Source of the DNA: Clostridia bacterium
GTDB lineage: Bacteria > Bacillota > Clostridia > JAAYHZ01
DNA length: 64,000 nucleotides
Reading direction: 5' to 3'
NCBI GenBank assembly: GCA_050950825.1
Contig: JBMNIH010000006.1
Location: 160,001 to 224,000 of the forward strand
Part shown: piece by piece, positions 9,931-18,582 of the stretch
How positions within the stretch are numbered: the stretch's first letter is position 1
How the letters are laid out: each line of letters starts with the position of its first letter
Position numbers and translations under genes: made by a program
Notes under the pieces: generated by a model
The model's database searches: none
Told to the model about the DNA's origin: nothing
What the model saw: only the letters and a program-made list of their open reading frames with translations

Positions 9931-11213
9931 CTTTTTCTTCTTTCCTCCATTAAACTCTTAATGTTTTTCTCGTTCCCGTATTCCGTGGGTTCATAATAGA
10001 CGGTCCCCTTCATTTTCTCCGGCAAATAATCCTGCTCCACGTAACCGCCTTCATAGGAATGGGCATACTTGTATCCGACCCCGTAGCCTAAGGCGGACAT
10101 TCCGTCGACCGGTGCGTTTCGAAGATGCATGGGTACCTCTCCGGTGTCCTTGGTGGCAACATCGTTTAAAGCTTTGTCGATGGCCATATAGGAGGCGTTG
10201 GATTTGGGGCTCACGGCGACGGCAATCGCCGCCTGGGACAAGAGGATCCTGGCCTCCGGCATCCCGATCATATGCACCCCTTGGGCCGCCGCTACCGCGA
10301 TCTCCAAGGCTCTCGGATTGGCCATGCCCACGTCCTCCGATGCGCAGATCATGATTCTACGGGCTAAAAAGTCCGGGCTCTCTCCGGCATACAAAGCTCG
10401 TGCCAGATAGAAAACCGCCGCATCCGGATCGCTGCCTCGCATGGATTTGATAAAAGCGCTGATATTGTCATAATGGTTCTCGCCTTTTTTGTCGAATCGA
10501 AGGGCTTTCTTTTGGACACAATCCTGTGCAATTTCCAAAGTGATGCGGATGACGCCCTCGGAATCCGGCGGCGTGGTTAACACGGCCAACTCCAGCGCAT
10601 TGAGCGCTATACGAACATCTCCCCCGCCGGTTTCCGCCAAAAAGTCCAAAACTTTATCCTCCAACACGAGATTGTAATTGCCTAAGCCCCTTTCGTTGTC
10701 GGTTAAGGCGTTGGTCATGATTTTTTTAATATGCTCCGATTTTAACGGCTCCAGCATAAAAACCGTAGATCGGGATATCAACGCTTTGTTCACCTCAAAG
10801 TAAGGGTTCTCCGTTGTGGCGCCGATTAAAACGATGGTGCCGTCTTCCACATACGGCATTAAGGCGTCTTGCTGGGCTTTGTTAAAGCGATGAATTTCAT
10901 CCACAAACAAAACGGTTCTGCCTTGGGGGTTTAAAATGGAGTTTTGCGTATCGCTGACGACTCTTTTGATGTCCGCCACTCCGGAGGTTACCGCATTTAA
11001 TTTTGCGAAACCGGATTTCGTCGTATTCGCGATGATTTGGGCAAGAGAAGTTTTTCCGGTTCCCGGAGGACCGTACAGGATAATGGAGGATAACCGATCC
11101 GCGGAAATCATGCGGTATAACAGCTTTCCTTTCCCTACAATATGCTCTTGACCGACGAATTCTTCCAGTGTTCTCGGCCTCATTCGATATGCCAACGGTT
11201 CTTTTCTGCTCAT
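9915..11213 (-). CDS. rarA: Replication-associated recombination protein A (AAA+)
   Basis: PLAYRMRP, GPPGTGKT, DEIHRFNKAQQD, GATTENP, SAFIKSMRGSDPDAA motifs. Confidence 0.96.
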   Translation of the reverse strand: MSRKEPLAYRMRPRTLEEFVGQEHIVGKGKLLYRMISADRLSSIILYGPPGTGKTSLAQIIANTTKSGFAKLNAVTSGVADIKRVVSDTQNSILNPQGRTVLFVDEIHRFNKAQQDALMPYVEDGTIVLIGATTENPYFEVNKALISRSTVFMLEPLKSEHIKKIMTNALTDNERGLGNYNLVLEDKVLDFLAETGGGDVRIALNALELAVLTTPPDSEGVIRITLEIAQDCVQKKALRFDKKGENHYDNISAFIKSMRGSDPDAAVFYLARALYAGESPDFLARRIMICASEDVGMANPRALEIAVAAAQGVHMIGMPEARILLSQAAIAVAVSPKSNASYMAIDKALNDVATKDTGEVPMHLRNAPVDGMSALGYGVGYKYAHSYEGGYVEQDYLPEKMKGTVYYEPTEYGNEKNIKSLMEERRKRWRKE

Positions 11214-11292
11214 AAAACTTCACTTTCCCTCTTTTGCTATGGATTATTATACCACAGGAGCGATGTTTCATCATAAAAAGGGGGAAAAATAT

Positions 11293-11324
11293 AAAAGCCG
11301 AGAAGCAATTTCGTTGCTCTCGGC
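11293..11324 (-). terminator. Probable intrinsic terminator of glyA
   Basis: GCCGAGAAGCAA...TTGCTCTCGGC hairpin with an A-tract on + (U-tail on -) just after the glyA stop. Confidence 0.65.
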
Positions 11325-11346
11325 AATTTATAGTCAGGAGCTATAA

Positions 11347-12591
11347 TTAATCTTTTTTGTACAAAGGATATTTCTTTGTCAACTCGGATACTCTCTTCAT
11401 TACAAGATCCTTATTCTTTTCAAAATCGGTTATCGCCAGATAAATCAAATCCGCAATCTCCGCCATATCCTCTTCTTTCATACCTCTCGTGGTAACGGCA
11501 GGGGTTCCGATACGGATACCGCTCGTGATGAAGGGGCTTAATTTATCATACGGAATTCCGTTCTTGTTTACGGTGATATGGACTTCATCCAAAAGCAGCT
11601 GTGCTTCCTTCCCCGTTATGTTCATGTTGGTAAGATCCACCAGCATCAAATGATTGTCGGTTCCGCCGGATATGATGTCAAATCCTTTTTCCGTCATGGC
11701 TTTCGCAAGCGCTGCGGCATTTTTCACGATTTGTTTTTGATATTCTTTGAATTCTTCGGAAAGGGCTTCTTTGAAAGCGACCGCCTTTGCGGCGATAATG
11801 TGCATCAAAGGTCCTCCTTGGGTACCCGGGAATACCGCACTGTCAATGATTTTTGCATATTCTTGCTTACAGAGAATCATACCGCCTCTCGGACCTCTTA
11901 AGGTTTTATGGGTCGTCGTGGTTACGAAATCGGCGTAAGGCACCGGACTCGGATGAAGGCCTGCGGCTACCAAACCGGCGATGTGGGCCATATCCACCAT
12001 TAAGTAAGCGCCTACTTCTTTTGCGATTTCACTGAAGGCTTTAAAATCGATAATCCGAGGATATGCACTGGCTCCCGCTACGATGATTTTCGGCTTGCTT
12101 TCGATTGCAACTCTTCTTACTTCATCGTAATCGATTCGCATATCGTGCGGGCTGACACCGTAAGCCGCCACCTTATAGTATTTACCCGATATGTTCTTTG
12201 CCATACCGTGGGTCAAGTGTCCGCCGTGAGATAAGTTCATACCTAATATGGTGTCTCCGGGCTCTAACACGGCAAAATAAACGGCGGTGTTGGCTTGGGC
12301 GCCGGAATGAGGCTGCACATTCACATGTTCCGCACCGAACAACTGCTTTGCTCTTTCGATTGCCAAGCTCTCGGCTACATCCACATGTTCGCATCCGCCG
12401 TAATATCTTTTACCGGGATAACCTTCCGCGTATTTGTTGGTCAAAGGCGAACCCATGGCTTCCAATACCGCGGGGCTGACAAAGTTTTCGGATGCAATCA
12501 ATTCAATATTTTCTTCTTGTCTTTTGATTTCGTTATTTATCGCTAAGTAGATCTCGGGATCCACGTTCTTTAGATGCTTTATACATTCCAT
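11347..12591 (-). CDS. glyA: Serine hydroxymethyltransferase
   Basis: [35 protein letters not shown] motifs. Confidence 0.98.
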   Translation of the reverse strand: MECIKHLKNVDPEIYLAINNEIKRQEENIELIASENFVSPAVLEAMGSPLTNKYAEGYPGKRYYGGCEHVDVAESLAIERAKQLFGAEHVNVQPHSGAQANTAVYFAVLEPGDTILGMNLSHGGHLTHGMAKNISGKYYKVAAYGVSPHDMRIDYDEVRRVAIESKPKIIVAGASAYPRIIDFKAFSEIAKEVGAYLMVDMAHIAGLVAAGLHPSPVPYADFVTTTTHKTLRGPRGGMILCKQEYAKIIDSAVFPGTQGGPLMHIIAAKAVAFKEALSEEFKEYQKQIVKNAAALAKAMTEKGFDIISGGTDNHLMLVDLTNMNITGKEAQLLLDEVHITVNKNGIPYDKLSPFITSGIRIGTPAVTTRGMKEEDMAEIADLIYLAITDFEKNKDLVMKRVSELTKKYPLYKKD

Positions 12592-12711
12592 TAAAAGGTA
12601 CCTCCGTTAGTTCATACGAAGATTATAATCATAATTATACAGCCTGTCAAACATTTCACATAAAATCTTTTACCCTATAGAACGCGGCTTATGTATCAAA
12701 ACGCAGTTATT

Positions 12712-14502
12712 TCAACAAGTTCGATCATCTTTTGCATTTCGGTTGTCTATATATTTTTCCGCCTGTTTATGAAACATATCTGCATATTTACCGTATCTAT
12801 TCAAAAGCTCGCTGTGGGAGCCGACCTCGATTATTTCACCGTTTTCCAACAAATAGATTCGATCCGCCATCACCGTCGTGGACAGCCTGTGGGATATGAA
12901 AATAACGGTTTTATCCTTCGCCAGCTCGAATAAATATTGATTCATCTCGTATTCGCTTATAGGATCCAATGAACTTGACGGCTCGTCAAGAATCAACACG
13001 GGAGAATCTTGGATTAATGCTCGGGCAATGGCAATCTTTTGGGATTGGCCGCCGGACAGGACGATACCTTCTTTGTCGAATTCCTTTGACAAGGCGTTAT
13101 CCGGGTCTACGGATACTTTGATCAATTCCAATATTTCTTTCACATCTTTGCGGTATTCATCGCAAGAACGGTCCATCAATATATTCTCCATTGCGGAAAA
13201 AGAATAGATTTGAAAGTCTTGAAACACCGTACCGAAAAGATTCCGATAAGATTCCAAGTTGTAATCCTTGATGTTTTTTCCGTTGAAGTAAAGTTCACCG
13301 GAATCCGGATCGTAAAACCGAAGAAGAAGCTTTACAAGTGTCGTCTTTCCGGCTCCGTTATGACCCACCAAAGCGATTTTTTCTCCCGCTTTTATTCTCA
13401 TATCCACATTGCGAAGCACTTCTTCACCGTTTGGTGAGTACCGAAAGGATACGTTCTTTAATTCCAACGAATATTCCTTCAAGGCATCTTTTTTGATTTC
13501 GACGGGTCCGTCCGTCACTTTATTTTCATAATTCATCAGCATCAAGAAATTATCGATATACAAGCCGTTATTTTGAATCTGGGGTATTAATTGCATCAAT
13601 CTTCTTAAATTCATATCCACGTTTCGAACGGCACTGAACATTGCGGAAAAGTCCCCGATCGAAAATTTCCGTACAACCAAGATGTTATAAATTAAGTAGA
13701 CATAAGAGACGTATATAACGATGATCAACTGATTAAAGGTTTCCCAAAAGCCCAAAAACCATTTTTTCTTTCCGTACTTTCTCTGAAGATTCGATAGATT
13801 TTCAACGGATTGCCGAAACCGGTCCGAAAGCACGTTGCCGATTTTCGTCATTCGAAGATCTTTAGCGTAATTTTTTTCGTAATAGATCTTTTTCACATAA
13901 TTCACTTTCCTGTTGTCCAAAACAAGATCATTCTCCATCTTGTAATTAAACTTGTTTCGTATCATGCTTAAAGGAAGAGAAAACAAGACGGGCATAACGG
14001 AAAACACCAAAAGAACGGGATCCATTACCGTTATGATCGCCAAAAGGCTAATTAAAACGATAACAGATGTTCCGATGCTAACCAATATATTCAAAACATC
14101 CAAAACCTTTTTTTCAGCGGAATCCATGGCCCTTACGTATGTATTGTAAAAGTTCGAATCGTCGTAGCAGGATAAATCGACGGATTTTGCTTTTTGAAAC
14201 AGCTTCAGGTCAATGTAGGTTCGTATTTTGTTATTGGATATCGGTACATAAATGTTGTTATACCAATCGGCGAATAAAAAGCTTAAAAGAGCCGATCCGA
14301 TCATAATCGTCAACACAACCAAGACATCTTTAAAGCTTCGACCGATTTGAAAGCTGTCAAGAATATATTTGATCATGTAGATTTCCAAGAGTAAAGAAAC
14401 AAAGGACTGCAAAAGACTGACCGTAACCGCAAGAGGGATTCTCCATTTGTCCGATTTCCAAATGTAGGACAAGAATAAAAGGTTGTTTTTTAATGCCTTC
14501 AT
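12712..14502 (-). CDS. ABC exporter, fused permease/ATP-binding subunit
   Basis: N-terminal TM domain; GHNGAGKT Walker A, LSGGQSQK signature, ILDEP Walker B, ISHRL H-loop. Confidence 0.92.
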   Translation of the reverse strand: MKALKNNLLFLSYIWKSDKWRIPLAVTVSLLQSFVSLLLEIYMIKYILDSFQIGRSFKDVLVVLTIMIGSALLSFLFADWYNNIYVPISNNKIRTYIDLKLFQKAKSVDLSCYDDSNFYNTYVRAMDSAEKKVLDVLNILVSIGTSVIVLISLLAIITVMDPVLLVFSVMPVLFSLPLSMIRNKFNYKMENDLVLDNRKVNYVKKIYYEKNYAKDLRMTKIGNVLSDRFRQSVENLSNLQRKYGKKKWFLGFWETFNQLIIVIYVSYVYLIYNILVVRKFSIGDFSAMFSAVRNVDMNLRRLMQLIPQIQNNGLYIDNFLMLMNYENKVTDGPVEIKKDALKEYSLELKNVSFRYSPNGEEVLRNVDMRIKAGEKIALVGHNGAGKTTLVKLLLRFYDPDSGELYFNGKNIKDYNLESYRNLFGTVFQDFQIYSFSAMENILMDRSCDEYRKDVKEILELIKVSVDPDNALSKEFDKEGIVLSGGQSQKIAIARALIQDSPVLILDEPSSSLDPISEYEMNQYLFELAKDKTVIFISHRLSTTVMADRIYLLENGEIIEVGSHSELLNRYGKYADMFHKQAEKYIDNRNAKDDRTC

Positions 14503-14519
14503 TTATGCCTCCTTCTATT

Positions 14520-14591
14520 TTTTATAACCGGCTCTCTATGGCTTAAATTAAATATTGTTTTATATCTTCAATTATTGTAGATGATATTCCG
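14520..14591. repeat. 72-bp direct repeat, copy 1 (left flank of IS)
   Basis: TTTTATAACCGGCTCTCTATGGCTTAAATTAAATATTGTTTTATATCTTCAATTATTGTAGATGATATTCCG, identical to 16576-16647. Confidence 0.97.
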
Positions 14592-14602
14592 GATAGCGTC
14601 AA
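14574..14602 (-). promoter_or_regulatory. Predicted hybrid sigmaA promoter for the ABC exporter (IS-derived -35, host -10)
   Basis: On minus strand: TTGACG (14602-14597, inside the IS end), 17 nt spacer, TACAAT (14579-14574, in the duplicated host segment). Confidence 0.7.
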
Positions 14603-14789
14603 TATACATTCGGAAATAAAAAGAGAGAGTTCACCCTTATGATAAGATTAAATCTTGTCTGTATCATATATCATTTCCATCAATTTTTCCACATTTGTTT
14701 TTTTAATTGATTATTACACATCACCCCTATTCAAGAATTCATGAAGACAATAGCAAATGCACAAGTAAAGTACTCATTTATTCCACGGT

Positions 14790-14925
14790 TCGCTTTACGA
14801 CGAGCCTCTGCCGGCATGTTTAGTGGCCTCTGCGGCATCTTCCTACAGGGTGAAGCCGGATACGGCTTTGTGTGTTTGATGCCAGGCAGACAAGCCTAAC
14901 ATGCCGTCTACTCATCGTAAAGCGA
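14790..14925. other. Nested long imperfect inverted repeat (candidate structured RNA) in the IS 3' region
   Basis: TCGCTTTACGA/TCGTAAAGCGA, CGGCATGTT/AACATGCCG, TCTGC-GGCATC/GATGCC-GCAGA, and inner hairpin AAGCCG-GATA-CGGCTT. Confidence 0.7.
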
Positions 14926-14983
14926 CTTTCGCGGCATAAAGCCTACCGTCACACGGTTACAAAGTCATAGCGGTTCAAGCTGC

Positions 14984-16468
14984 TTATGCGTCCCAAGCCA
15001 GTGTGGTCATATTCTTTAGCCACTTCATACTGCTCCTTTCCAAACCATGTATGTGACGTCTGGTATCTTCCGCATACGTCCATTTTGAATGTCTTCTTCT
15101 CAGATCTCTTATCAATTCTTCTTGTGCTTCACGCCTTTCCTTTTGCTTTTTTCGTTGTTTTTGATATTTTAGCAAGTCAAGAATCTTACCGCCGTTTCTT
15201 TTGTACGCTCTGAGCCTTGCCATGCGGTCGCAACCCAATTCGCTCCATCCCATTGGTCTGCTGCTCATTCTTGCCGACAATACATGGCTTATTTGCCCTT
15301 CTATGCAATATGTCCAGCCGCTTGTTTCTTCCACTCGGGTTTTTATCCCTTGCCAATGATTTAGAAAATATCTTAACGCATCTTCCACTTCTTGCTTCTT
15401 GTTTTCACTTTCCGTAACCTTCAGGATCTGCTCATAGATATTCTTCAATTCCTTTTTGTCCAAACGATTCAAGGCTCCCCAAATCCAGTCTTTCACCTCG
15501 TCCGCGCTATCGTAAAGATGCGCCACTGACCTGTTTATATATTTCATCATATGGTATTTATCAAGGACATATTTGCTGTTCTCCAAATATTCGCATCCTT
15601 TTTTTATCCACGAAGCTCCGTCTCCGACTACGTATATTCTCTCAAGATAGTCCGTATCGTATGTTTTTTCTATGTATTCGGCAACCTCCATCCAAAGCTT
15701 TTCGTTGCCTTTGCCACCCTCGTAAATACCGCAAAAGTATTTTTTTCCGATCAGCTTATATCTGGGATTCTTGGATGCTTCCCCCGATTCATTGATAATA
15801 TCCTCGAATACACAAACAAGCTTAGGCATCAGGGTATTAATCTTATGGCCCCTCGCATCTCGCTTCAAATCGCCCTTTTCATTCCAAAACTGTGCCGCCA
15901 CATGATCTTCATCGGCTATGACATGAAGCCTTTTTATCTTCTTCTTTCCTTCCGGTTCCGGCATCGGCATGTCCGCCTCAATCTCATGTACCAGATCCAT
16001 CACGGCTTGTTTGCTAATGCCTTCTTCCGCTTTTATGCTTGCATTCTCTCCGCCTTTGCGGTAACTGCTGTCTATACTTTCTTCCAAGGCTCTCGCAGCT
16101 GCGCCTAGCGTTACCTTCTGGTGCGGTTCAAATCCGAGCACCTGATCCAAAAGATATACATACTCACCCGTTCCTTTCGCACAATATCCGGTTCGGCAGA
16201 ATTCAACCTTACCCATGACATCTACGATGGTTTTCTTTTTGTTCCTGTGCTCGACATTCCAATACTTTTTTCTCACGCTGCTTTCTCGTATATCGTTATC
16301 AGCTTTCTCGTACAAATCCACTATAAGGCTGACCGCTAACGTTGACGTAACTTTATTAACGAGTGCAGTCAAATCATCGGCATCTTTTTTACCTGCCAGA
16401 ATATCACCCATCATTTTTTCAATTTCGACTAACCCATTTTCAATAAAATGTAGTATACTTTTATACAT
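14984..16468 (-). CDS. ISLre2 family (UPF0236-like) transposase
   Basis: ADEDHV, GDGASWIK, LDKYH, IEGQISHVLSARMSSRPMGWS motifs; start set at ATG 16468 behind GGAAGGTG; ORF intact (494 aa). Confidence 0.9.
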   Translation of the reverse strand: MYKSILHFIENGLVEIEKMMGDILAGKKDADDLTALVNKVTSTLAVSLIVDLYEKADNDIRESSVRKKYWNVEHRNKKKTIVDVMGKVEFCRTGYCAKGTGEYVYLLDQVLGFEPHQKVTLGAAARALEESIDSSYRKGGENASIKAEEGISKQAVMDLVHEIEADMPMPEPEGKKKIKRLHVIADEDHVAAQFWNEKGDLKRDARGHKINTLMPKLVCVFEDIINESGEASKNPRYKLIGKKYFCGIYEGGKGNEKLWMEVAEYIEKTYDTDYLERIYVVGDGASWIKKGCEYLENSKYVLDKYHMMKYINRSVAHLYDSADEVKDWIWGALNRLDKKELKNIYEQILKVTESENKKQEVEDALRYFLNHWQGIKTRVEETSGWTYCIEGQISHVLSARMSSRPMGWSELGCDRMARLRAYKRNGGKILDLLKYQKQRKKQKERREAQEELIRDLRRRHSKWTYAEDTRRHIHGLERSSMKWLKNMTTLAWDA

Positions 16469-16575
16469 AGAGGACACCTTCCTTTGTGATTTTTTGTATG
16501 GAAATTTAATCATATCACAATCGGGGTCCTCTTTCTATTTGTTATATTCTTCCATTGATTATTATCCGAAACTTA

Positions 16576-16647
16576 TTTTATAACCGGCTCTCTATGGCTT
16601 AAATTAAATATTGTTTTATATCTTCAATTATTGTAGATGATATTCCG
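16576..16647. repeat. 72-bp direct repeat, copy 2 (right flank of IS)
   Basis: Identical to 14520-14591. Confidence 0.97.
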
Positions 16648-16658
16648 ATATTTGTAAA
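16630..16658 (-). promoter_or_regulatory. Predicted native sigmaA promoter of the ABC exporter, now facing the transposase
   Basis: On minus strand: TTTACA (16658-16653), 17 nt spacer, TACAAT (16635-16630). Confidence 0.65.
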
Positions 16659-16683
16659 AATTATGGTAAGTATTAAAAACAAA

Positions 16684-16716
16684 AAGGGACGTTTTTTTGC
16701 TTTTCAATCGTCCCTT
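16684..16716 (-). terminator. Possible terminator after the AIR-synthase-like gene
   Basis: AAGGGACG...CGTCCCTT inverted repeat with a preceding A-tract; the loop is long. Confidence 0.45.
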
Positions 16717-16748
16717 GAATTTTTCGTTTTATATTCCTTATTGGTTTT

Positions 16749-17756
16749 TTATTGGCTTTTTAACACCTTATACAGCTCGTCGGATTCCGGTTCATTGACA
16801 AATACCCGGCTTCGGTCTTTACGAACCAAATAGCAGCCTTTCTCCGTTACGGAACCGATTACGGCGGCGCGAATGCCTTTTCGCCCCAGCTTCTTCACCA
16901 GGTCTTCGCCGTTTTTACAGGTAATGAGCATACAACCGCTGGATATCAGCTTGAAAGGATCGATGGCAAAATGCTCGCATATTTTTCGGGTTTCTTCCGA
17001 TAAGGGTATCTTTTCTTCAAAGACCTCGGCACCGGTTCCGGAAGCTCGGCATACTTCCCATAATGCACCTAACAGTCCCCCTTCGGTCACGTCATGCATG
17101 GAATGGACACCGAATTCTCCGGCTATCACGCCTTCCGGAACCACGCTGAGCTTTTCCATATAGCTCTTCGCTTTATTCAAAAGCTCTTCTCCAATTACCG
17201 GCAGCAACTCGTCTTCTTTTTCGTATGCAATGATAGCGGTTCCTTCGATACCGGCACCCTTTGTGATTACGATGTCGTCTCCTACCTTCGCTCCCGAGGT
17301 GGTGATCATTCGATCTTTTTTTATCTTACCTACCGCCATGGTAATCAAAACGAATCGATTCACCGCTTGGGTCACTTCGGTGTGGCCGCCTATGATGTCT
17401 ACGCCGATTTCGTTTGCCGCTTGGTTTAATTGGTCCGATACTTTTTCAAGGTCCTCGACGGTCGTGCCTTCGGGAGCCAATACGGTTACCATCAGACCGA
17501 TGGGTGCAATACCGCAGGAAGCCACGTCATTGCAGCTGATATGAACGGCCAATCGCCCTACTTCCGCCGCGGTCCCGGTGATTGGGTCCGTAGACATGAC
17601 GCACAATTGATCGCCGAAATCCAAAGCACAGCAATCCTCCCCGATACCCGGATTCACTAACACGTCGGCGTTCTTGATTTTGATTTTATCAAGAACCAGC
17701 GTTTGAAGCAGCGAGTTCGGTATTTTGCCCACCTCGAGCACTTTCTTATTCCCCAT
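16749..17756 (-). CDS. AIR synthase-related (PurM/HypE-like) protein
   Basis: GKIP, PGIGEDC, STDPITG, NDVAS, GGHTEVT, HDVTEGGL motifs; start codon overlaps the SDR stop (TAATG). Confidence 0.85.
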   Translation of the reverse strand: MGNKKVLEVGKIPNSLLQTLVLDKIKIKNADVLVNPGIGEDCCALDFGDQLCVMSTDPITGTAAEVGRLAVHISCNDVASCGIAPIGLMVTVLAPEGTTVEDLEKVSDQLNQAANEIGVDIIGGHTEVTQAVNRFVLITMAVGKIKKDRMITTSGAKVGDDIVITKGAGIEGTAIIAYEKEDELLPVIGEELLNKAKSYMEKLSVVPEGVIAGEFGVHSMHDVTEGGLLGALWEVCRASGTGAEVFEEKIPLSEETRKICEHFAIDPFKLISSGCMLITCKNGEDLVKKLGRKGIRAAVIGSVTEKGCYLVRKDRSRVFVNEPESDELYKVLKSQ

Positions 17757-18550
17757 TACCAACTGGTCCAGCCTCCATCTAACATAATATTATCCCCGGT
17801 AATATACTTCGAAGCCTTCGAGGCTAAAAATACTACGGGTCCTTTGATGTCATCATCATCGGCAAACCGTCCTAAGGGCGTCAGCTTCTTGTAATTCTCA
17901 TAAAAAGGCGCATTCTCCGGTTTTTCTTGCGGAATATAACCTCCGGGGCTGATGGCGTTGCAGCGAATATTGTATTTGCCGTATTTATTGGCAATCCATT
18001 TCGTAAACCCGATCATACCCCATTTGTCATAAGTGTAGTTTAGGCTGCTGCTCATATTCGTGCCTTCGTAAACTACAAACCTCGGGCCTCTTACGCCTTG
18101 TATGGACGATATGTTAATGATGCTGCCATCTCTTTGTTGTTTCATGTACATTATGACTCTTTTTGTGATCAACATCAAGCCGGTAGAATTCACTTTTTGG
18201 GCTTTTTCCCATCCTTCCACGGTGCAGTCCTCAAGATCCGCCATTCCTTCTCTTAAAACGGCGTTGTTTACCAGAATATCGATACGGCCGTATTCCTTGG
18301 CCACACCGTCTACGAAATCGTTGACGGAAGCTTCATCGGAAAGGTCCAAATAGGCTCCTGCGGCGGACAAGCCTTCCGCTACCAAAGCTTGCGCATATTC
18401 CTTGCATTTGGCTTCGTTTCTCGACGCAATGATCACCGTTGCTCCGGATTCCGCCAATCCTCGGGAGATATGGGTACCGTATAAGCCGTAGCCTCCCGTT
18501 ACAATCGCAATTTTTCCGTCCAAACGGAACATATCCAATGTTTTCATCAC
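17756..18550 (-). CDS. Short-chain dehydrogenase/reductase
   Basis: TGGYGLYG, DILVNNA, catalytic YxxxK (YTYDK), NAISPGG motifs. Confidence 0.9.
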   Translation of the reverse strand: MMKTLDMFRLDGKIAIVTGGYGLYGTHISRGLAESGATVIIASRNEAKCKEYAQALVAEGLSAAGAYLDLSDEASVNDFVDGVAKEYGRIDILVNNAVLREGMADLEDCTVEGWEKAQKVNSTGLMLITKRVIMYMKQQRDGSIINISSIQGVRGPRFVVYEGTNMSSSLNYTYDKWGMIGFTKWIANKYGKYNIRCNAISPGGYIPQEKPENAPFYENYKKLTPLGRFADDDDIKGPVVFLASKASKYITGDNIMLDGGWTSW

Positions 18551-18582
18551 GGATCACCTACCTTTTTATGACCGTAGTCGTA

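Larger units (their letters stand above)
14592..16575 (-). mobile_element. ISLre2-family (Mutator-like DDE) insertion sequence, ~1984 bp
   Basis: Bounded by the 72-bp direct repeat; carries one transposase; imperfect inverted ends GATAGCGTCAATATACATTCGG and CCGAAACTTATTTTA. Confidence 0.85.

Noticed and set aside
12592-12711. Possible riboswitch upstream of glyA
   Set aside because: Short AT-rich region with no recognisable glycine, ZTP or THF aptamer features.
14520-16647. 72-bp repeats read as prophage/ICE att sites or CRISPR repeats
   Set aside because: Only two copies, no integrase, tRNA or cas genes; the enclosed DNA encodes only a DDE transposase.
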